From Bacteroidales bacterium (GTDB lineage Bacteria; Bacteroidota; Bacteroidia; Bacteroidales; SM23-62), in contig JAZGGT010000623.1 of assembly GCA_036480555.1 (NCBI GenBank), positions 1 through 33,372 on the forward strand: a DNA stretch of 33,372 nt, written 5' to 3'. A program made the position numbers and the translations under genes. This document shows positions 20,440 to 27,516 of the stretch, one piece after another (the stretch's first letter is position 1; the number at the start of each line of letters is the position of its first letter). Under the pieces are notes generated by a model that was not told the DNA's origin, made no database searches, and worked only from the letters and a program-made list of their open reading frames with translations.

Positions 20440-21024
20440 TTATTTTGGGAATATCCCTCGTTCAACGAGTTCACAGATTGAATGACCAATGGATATATGA
20501 CATTCCTGGATACGGGGGGTGTCATTCGAAGGAACATCAAGAAGGATATCGCAATAATCTTTCATTTCCCCACCGCCAATCCCAGTAAATCCGGTAGTTA
20601 CCATACCAAGTATTCTGGCCTGGTTCATGGCATTGATAACATTTTTGGAATTCCCTGAAGTAGATAATCCTATCAATATATCTCCTTTATTCCCCATGGC
20701 CTTAACCAGCCTTGCATAAACCTCTTCAAAAGAATAATCATTTGCTACTGCTGTTAAAAATGAAGTATTCACATGTAGTGCCTCAGCAAAAAGGGGAGGT
20801 CTGTCATAATAATACCTGCCGGAAAGCTCTGCAGCCATGTGTTGCGCATCAGCAGCACTACCTCCATTACCGCAAAAAAGTACTTTTCCAGCATTTTTAT
20901 ATCTATAAATTATTAATTCAGAAAGCTTGATAATTGAATCTATTATACGCTTGTCTGATACGAGATGCTGTTTGAGTTTGATTGATTCCGTCAGGTTATT
21001 AATAACTATTGTTGACTTGTCCAT
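20440..21024 (-). CDS. gmhA: D-sedoheptulose-7-phosphate isomerase (SIS domain)
   Basis: 194 aa with CGNGGSAADAQHMAAEL, LSTSGNSKNV and PRIQECH, the classic GmhA blocks. It overlaps the hddA 3' end by 19 nt. Confidence 0.92.
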   Translation of the reverse strand: MDKSTIVINNLTESIKLKQHLVSDKRIIDSIIKLSELIIYRYKNAGKVLFCGNGGSAADAQHMAAELSGRYYYDRPPLFAEALHVNTSFLTAVANDYSFEEVYARLVKAMGNKGDILIGLSTSGNSKNVINAMNQARILGMVTTGFTGIGGGEMKDYCDILLDVPSNDTPRIQECHISIGHSICELVERGIFPK

Positions 21025-22034
21025 GTGTCCAATCCGGTTGGTTGAAAAGTATATTTTTGCTGTGTTATTCCTTTTGCCTTAAGAGCCTTAACGACATTAA
21101 ATCTGCTGTTGCCTGGGCAATAAAAAAAAATAAACCCACCACCGCCTGCACCTGATATTTTACCTCCTGAAGCTCCTGCTTTGATAGCTGTTTCATATAT
21201 CTCTTCTATCATCCGATTGGAAATTCCATTGGCCAATAGTTTTTTATTACCCCAGGCTAATTTGAGAAGCTCTCCAATTTTAAACAACTCGTCCTTAAGA
21301 ATGGCTTCTTTCATTTTATAAGCCAGATCCTTTAGTTGATGCGTAGCCTCAATAGCATCTTTGTCCTGTCTCTCGACATTTGCTTTTTGAACTTCTATGA
21401 TTTTTGATGACTCCCTGTTGATCTGTGTGTAAAACAGCAACAAATGAAATTCCAATTCTTTAAGTACACCCGGCTTTATTCGCAGTGGATTGACTATAAT
21501 TCTGTTTTTTTTATAGAATTCCATAAAGTTAAAGCCTCCAAAAGTGGCAGCATACTGATCCTGCTTACCTCCAACCAACTGTAAATCTTCCCGTTCTATA
21601 CTTACCCCTAAATGGGCAATATCATATTCACCCAAAGGTAATTTCAACCACTCTGCAAATACACCAATCAGAGCTATTACCAGCGTTGATGAAGTGCCCA
21701 GTCCTGAACCTGTGGGAGCATCTATGGCGGTAATTATCTCACATGGGAGAGCTTTATTGGAATAGTCTTTAACAATCCTGTTGTAGACACCTATCTGCAG
21801 ACTTATTTCAGGATTGTCCTCCAATTTTTTTTTGGCCTCAAATTCAAATTTGACTTCAGAATTCAGATCATAAAATATGACTTTGTTGTCATCTCTGGGA
21901 ATAAGCACAACTGTGGCGAAAAGGTCAATCGTTGCGTTGAGAACAGCTCCTGAATAAATATCGCAATAGGGAACTACATCTGTACCACCTCCAGCCAGGC
22001 CAATTCTAAGAGGTGCTCTGCTAATATATTTCAT
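21006..22034 (-). CDS. hddA: GHMP-family kinase, D-glycero-alpha-D-manno-heptose-7-phosphate kinase-like
   Basis: 342 aa with SRAPLRIGLAGGGTDV, the GHMP ATP motif PTGSGLGTSS, and GGKISGAGGGGF. The start ATG overlaps the GT4 stop (ATGA). Confidence 0.8.
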   Translation of the reverse strand: MKYISRAPLRIGLAGGGTDVVPYCDIYSGAVLNATIDLFATVVLIPRDDNKVIFYDLNSEVKFEFEAKKKLEDNPEISLQIGVYNRIVKDYSNKALPCEIITAIDAPTGSGLGTSSTLVIALIGVFAEWLKLPLGEYDIAHLGVSIEREDLQLVGGKQDQYAATFGGFNFMEFYKKNRIIVNPLRIKPGVLKELEFHLLLFYTQINRESSKIIEVQKANVERQDKDAIEATHQLKDLAYKMKEAILKDELFKIGELLKLAWGNKKLLANGISNRMIEEIYETAIKAGASGGKISGAGGGGFIFFYCPGNSRFNVVKALKAKGITQQKYTFQPTGLDTWTSQQ

Positions 22035-23182
22035 GCTTCAATTTGTGAATTCTTGATCTTATCCAGCAATGTAAAGATATTTTGAATTAAAACACCCCAA
22101 CTATATTTCTTTTTTTCTTCGATAATATTATTAATCATTTCTTCCTGGTTGGTTTCCTGAAAAAACCGGATTATTGCGCTGGCAATTTCATCAGGATTGG
22201 TTGAAGTCACATATCCAACTTTCCCATCAGGACACAATTCACTTAATCCTCCAACGTCTGTTACAACCATGGGCTTATTGAAGTGATAGGCGATTTGGGT
22301 TATACCACTTTGGGTAGCTGATTTATATGGTTGAACCACCAAATCGCAAGCGCTAAAAAAATATTTGACTTCAGAATCTTGAATGAACTTATCTATTTGA
22401 ATAATATCCTTTTCAAGGGAGTATTTATTAATCAAATCTGTATAAACCGTCTTATCTGAGTAATACTCACCAGCTATGATCAATTTAATTTTACCATCCC
22501 GAAATCGAATATCAGCAAATGCCTCAAGTAGAAGATCAAGACCTTTATATGCCCTGACCAGGCCAAAAAACAATATATACCTGTATGCTGAGTCCAGTCC
22601 CAGTTTTGTGAGCGCCTCATCTCTGGCCAACAAATTTCCAAAGTTATCGAAAAGGGGATGTGGGGATAATATTTTTGGCTTAGATTTATCAAATTGCTTA
22701 ATATCTTCTAATACATTTTGAGACATCGCCACAAATCCATCTACCGGAGTAACGTAATAACGCGTAAATGCTTTATCGCCAATCTTAGATTCGTGAGGAA
22801 TGATATTATCGACTATGGTAATGATTTTTGAGTGTCGATTTTTTCTAATCTTTCTCAATATCGTACCAAAACAAGGCCCCATAAACGGAAGCCAGTATTT
22901 GATAATGATCAGATCTGGTTTTTGACGTTTTATTCGATTGCCCACCGAGAGCCAGTTCAACGGATTTATTGAATTGATACAACGAAGGATGTTCAAGTTA
23001 TTTGGCCCATCTTCTTCCGAATATTGTGTTTTCCCCGGGAATAAAAAATCAGGATATTGGAGAGTGAAGGTAAAAATAGTTACCGCATGCCCCTCCCTTT
23101 GCAGCTCGACTGCTAACCTTTCATTATAAGCAGTTAGTCCGCCTCTGTAAGGATATGAGGTACCAATAATAGCTATTTTCAT
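22031..23182 (-). CDS. Glycosyltransferase family 4 (GT-B fold)
   Basis: 383 aa. The N-terminus KIAIIGTSYPYRGGLTAYNERLAVELQREGHAVTIFT is typical of GT4. The C-terminal half has IIAGEYY ... CDLVVQPYKSATQSGI ... PMVVTDVGGLSE. Confidence 0.85.
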   Translation of the reverse strand: MKIAIIGTSYPYRGGLTAYNERLAVELQREGHAVTIFTFTLQYPDFLFPGKTQYSEEDGPNNLNILRCINSINPLNWLSVGNRIKRQKPDLIIIKYWLPFMGPCFGTILRKIRKNRHSKIITIVDNIIPHESKIGDKAFTRYYVTPVDGFVAMSQNVLEDIKQFDKSKPKILSPHPLFDNFGNLLARDEALTKLGLDSAYRYILFFGLVRAYKGLDLLLEAFADIRFRDGKIKLIIAGEYYSDKTVYTDLINKYSLEKDIIQIDKFIQDSEVKYFFSACDLVVQPYKSATQSGITQIAYHFNKPMVVTDVGGLSELCPDGKVGYVTSTNPDEIASAIIRFFQETNQEEMINNIIEEKKKYSWGVLIQNIFTLLDKIKNSQIEA

Positions 23183-23202
23183 TTGCTAATGTTTTATTAC
23201 AT

Positions 23203-23373
23203 CTAACGGGCTTTCCCTTCCTCATACTGTATTTTGCCGGGGAAAAAAATTCCGTGATATTTTAGCGAGAATGAGATAATGGAAGCCCGGTGTCCGGCCT
23301 CGATAAAATTCTTACATAGTGCCGTGTTAAAATTGGCAATTCCTCCCCTCAGGGGATGAGCCGCCCGATACAT
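23203..23373 (-). pseudogene. Decayed N-terminal fragment of a second GT4 glycosyltransferase (paralog of 22031..23182)
   Basis: The minus-strand 56-codon ORF reads MYRAAHPLRGGIANFNTALCKNFIEAGHRASIISFSLKYHGIFFPGKIQYEEGKAR*. It aligns by eye with residues ~10-57 of the neighbouring GT4 (SYPYRGGLTAYNERLAVELQREGHAVTIFTFTLQYPDFLFPGKTQYSEEDG). Shared residues include P-RGG, N, L, GH, F-L-Y, FPGK and QY-EE, roughly 40% identity. The first beta-strand (KIAIIG) and everything after about residue 57 are missing. Confidence 0.6.
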
Positions 23374-23387
23374 ACGATGTTCAAGAT

Positions 23388-24341
23388 TTACAGATTTATG
23401 GTTTCATCTATCAGGTAGGCATTCCGTTCAGTGGAATTCCTTGTGATCAGTTCGCCCAGAAAACCTGCCAGGAACAGCTGGGTACCTATGATCATGGCTG
23501 TTAATGCCAGGTAGAAATAGGGACTCTGGGTTACCCGCGGCATGGGTGTGGAATGTATGGTGAAATAAATTTTTTGTCCACCGAGCCAGGCCGCAGCAAA
23601 TAAACCGACCAGGAACATCAGTGTGCCGAATGTCCCGAACAGATGCATGGGCCGCCTGCCAAACCTGCCGATGAAACCTATTGAGATCAGGTCAAGATAA
23701 CCGACAATAAACCGCTTCATCCCGTATTTGGTCACCCCATATTTTCGTTTCTGGTGCTGCACTACCTTTTCCCCGATCTTTGTAAAGCCGGCCCTTTTGG
23801 CAAGAAAGGGGATATACCGGTGCATATCCCCGTAGACTTCAATGCTTTTCACCACCTGGTTCCGGTAGGCTTTGAGACCGCAGTTAAAATCATGCAGTTT
23901 GATGCCGGATACCTGCCTGGCAAACCAGTTATAAAACCTGCTGGGGATCCTTTTGGTAAGCGGATCATATCGCTTTTTCTTCCACCCGGAAACGAGATCA
24001 TATCCCTCCTCCCTGATCATCCTGACCAGTTCAGGCACTTCCTCCGGACTATCCTGGAGGTCGGCATCCAGGGTAATGACTATCTCTCCGGATGAAGACT
24101 GGAATCCTGTATGAAGAGCAGCGGCTTTACCGTAGTTACGCCGGAAACGGATCCCCTTGACCTCTGCGTGCTTACCCGACAGCTCCCCGATTACCTTCCA
24201 TGAATCATCATTGCTTCCGTCATCCACAAAAATCACTTCGTAATTAAATGAATGTACGGAAAGGATGCTTTCAATCCACTCTCTCAACTCCCCCAGAGAT
24301 TCCGCTTCATTATAGACAGGTACAACGATTGAAATATCCAT
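23388..24341 (-). CDS. Glycosyltransferase family 2, polyprenol-phosphate sugar transferase type (GtrB/ArnC/DPM1-like)
   Basis: 317 aa with ISIVVPVYNE, VDDGSND and TLDADLQD (the DxD motif), plus two C-terminal TM helices. Confidence 0.88.
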   Translation of the reverse strand: MDISIVVPVYNEAESLGELREWIESILSVHSFNYEVIFVDDGSNDDSWKVIGELSGKHAEVKGIRFRRNYGKAAALHTGFQSSSGEIVITLDADLQDSPEEVPELVRMIREEGYDLVSGWKKKRYDPLTKRIPSRFYNWFARQVSGIKLHDFNCGLKAYRNQVVKSIEVYGDMHRYIPFLAKRAGFTKIGEKVVQHQKRKYGVTKYGMKRFIVGYLDLISIGFIGRFGRRPMHLFGTFGTLMFLVGLFAAAWLGGQKIYFTIHSTPMPRVTQSPYFYLALTAMIIGTQLFLAGFLGELITRNSTERNAYLIDETINL

Positions 24342-24361
24342 GCAGGACTTTTAGCTTAGTA

Positions 24362-24895
24362 TTACTCTGCGACTACCTGGTCTTCGGGTTCGTTCTTCTT
24401 AAATATAGCAGCAATGATCAGGGCAACTATGGTTCCCATAAGAATGTTGCTGAACAGTCCAATAATGGTCAACATCAGGGGCGTCATGAATTTACCGGAT
24501 AAGGCCATGGCCTGGTCCAGTGCCTCTTCAGGTAATCCCTTCTCCATGAACTTCTCCATCTGCATGTCCTTCATCTTGCCAATGATATCCGGATCAATTA
24601 CGGTCCACAGGATATAAGCATAGATAATGCCAATCACACTGGAAACAAGGATCACTATGAATCCGAACTGGAAAGCGGGACCGAAGGGAAGGATACCATC
24701 CCTGACATTGTCCCTGAAACTACGGACACCAAGGATCAGCACGACAATGGTTATCAGGATACCCAGGTAACCCATGGTCTGGTTCAGGTTCTGGTCCAGC
24801 ATATAAAGGATAACATTGTAGATGATTCCCACAAAACCGAGGATCGCGCCCCAGACGAGTCCATTGTAGAAGACAGTGGTATTTTTGTTTTCCAT
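24362..24895 (-). CDS. DUF4199 family membrane protein
   Basis: 177 aa with 4-5 hydrophobic helices. Its position just upstream of a GT2 gene is typical for Bacteroidota DUF4199. The family call rests on recollection of overall pattern, not a specific motif. Confidence 0.6.
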   Translation of the reverse strand: MENKNTTVFYNGLVWGAILGFVGIIYNVILYMLDQNLNQTMGYLGILITIVVLILGVRSFRDNVRDGILPFGPAFQFGFIVILVSSVIGIIYAYILWTVIDPDIIGKMKDMQMEKFMEKGLPEEALDQAMALSGKFMTPLMLTIIGLFSNILMGTIVALIIAAIFKKNEPEDQVVAE

Positions 24896-24923
24896 AATTA
24901 TGAAAGGTTTAGGATTAGTTTAG

Positions 24924-24931
24924 CAAAGATA
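24924..24931 (-). promoter_or_regulatory. -7 promoter box (TATCTTTG on the minus strand) for the DUF4199-GT2-GT4-heptose operon
   Basis: Plus-strand CAAAGATA corresponds to minus-strand TATCTTTG, a perfect TAnnTTTG. It lies 29 nt upstream of the DUF4199 ATG. No clear -33 TTTG was found. Confidence 0.45.
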
Positions 24932-24945
24932 TTGTTTTTTTTGAG

Positions 24946-24953
24946 TAATTTTG
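24946..24953 (+). promoter_or_regulatory. -7 promoter box (TAATTTTG) for the SRP RNA
   Basis: A perfect TAnnTTTG ends 6 nt before the first G of the SRP RNA terminal helix. Confidence 0.55.
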
Positions 24954-24959
24954 CAGACT

Positions 24960-25056
24960 GGGCAAGTCTTATACGACCAGCTCCTGTTGAACTCCCCCAG
25001 GTCCGGAAGGAAGCAAGGGTAGACGGTTGTAGCGGTGTGATATAAGTAGCTTGCCC
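24960..25056 (+). ncRNA. ffs: Signal recognition particle RNA (small bacterial 4.5S type)
   Basis: Contains CAGGUCCGGAAGGAAGCA, the conserved domain IV/GGAA tetraloop core seen in E. coli 4.5S (CAGGUCCGGAAGGAAGCAGC). 5' GGGCAAG pairs with 3' CUUGCCC to close a hairpin of about 97 nt. It is followed by a T7 run (25057..25063) and preceded by a -7 box. Confidence 0.85.
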
Positions 25057-25061
25057 TTTTT

Positions 25062-25238
25062 TTATTGAGGCCGGTTCAGGCTGGACTCTTCTGTGCTCTT
25101 GGACTGCTCATAACCCTGCCGGTATCCCCGCCTGTATTCCTTCATCCGGCTTTCTTTCCTGCCGCGTCTGACTCCCAGGCGGAATGCCAGTGTATACACC
25201 AATGCGCATGCTATCAATATGACCAGTATATAGTCCAT
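25062..25238 (-). CDS. Small single-pass membrane protein (58 aa), below the ORF-track cutoff
   Basis: The minus-strand ORF reads MDYILVILIACALVYTLAFRLGVRRGRKESRMKEYRRGYRQGYEQSKSTEESSLNRPQ*. It has one N-terminal TM helix and a basic, Tyr-rich tail. AGGAGG lies 11 nt upstream of the ATG. The overlapping plus-strand track ORF 25065..25277 is low-complexity and implausible. Confidence 0.35.
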   Translation of the reverse strand: MDYILVILIACALVYTLAFRLGVRRGRKESRMKEYRRGYRQGYEQSKSTEESSLNRPQ

Positions 25239-25425
25239 CAGGTTTACACTGCCTCCTCTTCATCGCCGTCGACATAAATTAACAATATGTAATAGAATAC
25301 TGTAGGTTCCATATTAATATATATCACATAATTGATGCCAAAGTTCTATTCAGCTATATATCAATATGTTAATATTAAGTTAAAGAATAAAATACAGGTT
25401 TTTTGCACGCATGCGAGCCTTGCTA

Positions 25426-25441
25426 TGTCCGATATCGGACA
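25426..25441. promoter_or_regulatory. 16-nt perfect palindrome TGTCCGATATCGGACA upstream of the ilv promoter (candidate operator)
   Basis: Read directly; it is its own reverse complement. It ends 27 nt upstream of the putative -33 element of the ilv leader promoter. Its function is unknown. Confidence 0.3.
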
Positions 25442-25468
25442 CAGGCGCTTATTCGATTATTAAAATAT

Positions 25469-25498
25469 TTTGATTTCAGAGATTAATAAATATCTTTG
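25469..25498 (+). promoter_or_regulatory. Bacteroidota-type promoter of the ilv leader/operon
   Basis: TTTG (25469..25472), then 18 nt, then TATCTTTG (25491..25498). The leader ATG lies 17 nt downstream of the box. Confidence 0.5.
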
Positions 25499-25514
25499 TC
25501 TCATCATTCAGCAC

Positions 25515-25577
25515 ATGAAAAACGTCCATATCATAATTGCTATTCTACTTGTGAGCCTCGTGGTGCTCTACAGGTAA
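25515..25577 (+). CDS. ilv operon leader peptide (20 aa, rich in Ile/Leu/Val)
   Basis: The sequence is MKNVHIIIAILLVSLVVLYR*. Twelve of 20 residues are branched-chain (4 Ile, 4 Leu, 4 Val). It lies between the promoter and the terminator that precedes ilvD. Confidence 0.65.
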   Translation: MKNVHIIIAILLVSLVVLYR

Positions 25578-25607
25578 GAATGGTATGGATTAATACAAAA
25601 ATATTAT

Positions 25608-25649
25608 GAAGGCCATTCTCGAAAGATCAGAGTGGCCTTCTTTTTTTTT
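25608..25649 (+). terminator. Intrinsic terminator acting as the ilv attenuator
   Basis: GAAGGCCAUUCU (25608..25619) pairs with AGAGUGGCCUUC (25629..25640), giving 12 bp with one G-U. It has a 9-nt loop and is followed by T9 (25641..25649). The ilvD ATG follows 17 nt later. Confidence 0.8.
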
Positions 25650-25666
25650 AAAGGTTTTGACATGTC

Positions 25667-27496
25667 ATGAAACAGAAATTAAGAAGTTCAACGACAACCG
25701 AAGGCAGGCTGATGGCAGGTGCCAGAAGTCTCTGGCGGGCCAATGGAATGACCGAAGAGCAATTCGGGAAACCGATCATCGGGATAGTTAATTCCTTCAC
25801 ACAATTTGTTCCCGGTCATGTACACCTGCATGATATCGGCCAGACCGTTAAAAAAGAAATTGAAAAGCAGGGCTGTTTTGCTGCCGAATTCAACACCATT
25901 GCCATTGATGACGGCATTGCCATGGGACATGACGGGATGCTTTACTCCCTCCCTTCACGTGACCTGATCGCCGACAGTGTAGAATACATGATCAATGCCC
26001 ACAGGGTAGATGCCATGGTATGTATCAGTAATTGTGACAAGATCACACCGGGCATGCTGATGGCTGCCATGCGCCTGAATATACCGGCCATTTTTGTTTC
26101 CGGCGGCCCCATGGAGGCGGGGAAAACCGGTGGGCGTAAATACGACCTGGTGGATGCCATGATCCTGGGGGCCGATGAATCCATTTCGGACAAAGAACTG
26201 AAAATGATCGAAGAGGCCGCCTGTCCCACCTGCGGATCCTGCTCCGGTATGTTTACCGCCAATTCCATGAACTGCCTGAACGAAGCCATCGGCCTGGCAC
26301 TTCCCGGTAACGGCACCATCCTGGCGACCCATGCCTTCCGGCTGGACCTTTTCAGTCAGGCCGCAAAAAAAATTGTCGAAAATACACAACAATATTATTT
26401 TGAGGGGGATGACTCCGTATTACCGCGCAGCATAGCCAGCAAAAACGCCTTTCTGAATGCCATGCGGCTTGACATCGCTATGGGTGGATCCACCAATACC
26501 GTCCTTCATTTGCTGGCCATAGCCCATGAAGCAGGCGTGGATTTTACCATGAAGGACATCGATGAGCTATCCAGGAATACGCCCGTGCTTTGCAAGGTTG
26601 CACCCAGCTCTGACTATCATGTGGAGGATGTGAACCGGGCAGGAGGAATACTGGCGATCTTGGGGGAATTGGAGAAAGAGGGACTGATAGATACGGCCGT
26701 GGTGAGGGCAGACGGAATGACACTTGGTGAGGCTATCGGGCGCTACGATATAGGCAGGGCGGATGATGACAGGGAGGATGTACAGATCTACAGGGCGGCA
26801 CCCGGACTGGTAAGGAACCTGGTGATGGGATCGCAGAAAAATTTGCACAGGGAACTGGATAAAGACCGTAAAGCGGGTTGTATCAGGGATATGGATAATG
26901 CTTACAGCCGGGACGGTGGACTGGCAATCCTGTATGGTAATATTGCCAGGGACGGATGCATCGTAAAAACGGCTGGTGTAGATCCTTCTGTATATACTTT
27001 TACCGGCTCTGCCAGGGTATTTGCCTCCCAGAATGATGCATGCACGGCCATACTGGATGACGGAATCTCTCCCGGGGATGTGGTAGTAATACGGTACGAG
27101 GGACCCAAAGGGGGACCAGGAATGCAGGAGATGCTATATCCGACCTCCTATATCAAGTCAAAGAAACTGGGGGAAAAATGTGCCCTGATAACAGATGGCA
27201 GGTTTTCGGGGGGTACCTCCGGTCTCTCCATCGGACATATCTCACCTGAGGCAGCTGCCGGTGGGGAGATTGCTCTGATCGAGGATGGTGATCAGATCGA
27301 GATCAGCATCCCTGAGCGAAAAATTAACCTGCTTGTCCCCGTGGAGGAGCTCGAAGCAAGAAGAGAAAAAGAAAGGGCCCGTGGAGTGGAAGCCTTTCAG
27401 CCCGGGACAAGGGAAAGAAACATAAGCACAGCACTGAAGGCATATGCCAGTATGGTCACATCAGCCGATATGGGGGCTGTCAGAAAGGTTGAATAA
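25667..27496 (+). CDS. ilvD: Dihydroxy-acid dehydratase
   Basis: 609 aa with [21 protein letters not shown] at the N-terminus, plus [29 protein letters not shown] and [11 protein letters not shown]. Confidence 0.97.
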   Translation: MKQKLRSSTTTEGRLMAGARSLWRANGMTEEQFGKPIIGIVNSFTQFVPGHVHLHDIGQTVKKEIEKQGCFAAEFNTIAIDDGIAMGHDGMLYSLPSRDLIADSVEYMINAHRVDAMVCISNCDKITPGMLMAAMRLNIPAIFVSGGPMEAGKTGGRKYDLVDAMILGADESISDKELKMIEEAACPTCGSCSGMFTANSMNCLNEAIGLALPGNGTILATHAFRLDLFSQAAKKIVENTQQYYFEGDDSVLPRSIASKNAFLNAMRLDIAMGGSTNTVLHLLAIAHEAGVDFTMKDIDELSRNTPVLCKVAPSSDYHVEDVNRAGGILAILGELEKEGLIDTAVVRADGMTLGEAIGRYDIGRADDDREDVQIYRAAPGLVRNLVMGSQKNLHRELDKDRKAGCIRDMDNAYSRDGGLAILYGNIARDGCIVKTAGVDPSVYTFTGSARVFASQNDACTAILDDGISPGDVVVIRYEGPKGGPGMQEMLYPTSYIKSKKLGEKCALITDGRFSGGTSGLSIGHISPEAAAGGEIALIEDGDQIEISIPERKINLLVPVEELEARREKERARGVEAFQPGTRERNISTALKAYASMVTSADMGAVRKVE

Positions 27497-27516
27497 ATTT
27501 TGATAATTACAAGCAT

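Noticed and set aside
23344-23356. Similar CCTCCC(C)...GGGA(GG) hairpins at 19183..19199 and 23344..23356 as possible att-like direct repeats flanking the AT-rich cassette
   Set aside because: The second copy is simply the coding sequence for HPLRGG in the GT4 remnant. The match is only about 7 nt plus a G-run, too short to argue for site-specific integration, and no integrase is present.
25065-25277. 70-aa plus-strand track ORF after the SRP RNA
   Set aside because: Its sequence is Pro/Ser/Cys-rich and low-complexity, and it starts in the SRP terminator. The opposite strand gives a much more protein-like 58-aa TM ORF.
25318-25363. Direct repeat TATATATCA at 25318..25326 and 25355..25363
   Set aside because: It lies in a very AT-rich promoter region where a 9-mer of this composition is likely to recur by chance. 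There is no supporting symmetry or spacing logic.
25335-25463. A roughly 42-aa plus-strand ORF (MPKFYSAIYQYVNIKLKNK...) in the ilv upstream region
   Set aside because: It is AT-rich with no signal, TM or motif features, and it spans the putative operator palindrome. It is most likely a chance ORF.
25606-25791. 61-aa track ORF starting at 25606
   Set aside because: Its start codon lies inside the attenuator terminator stem, and it runs out of frame across the well-supported ilvD N-terminus.
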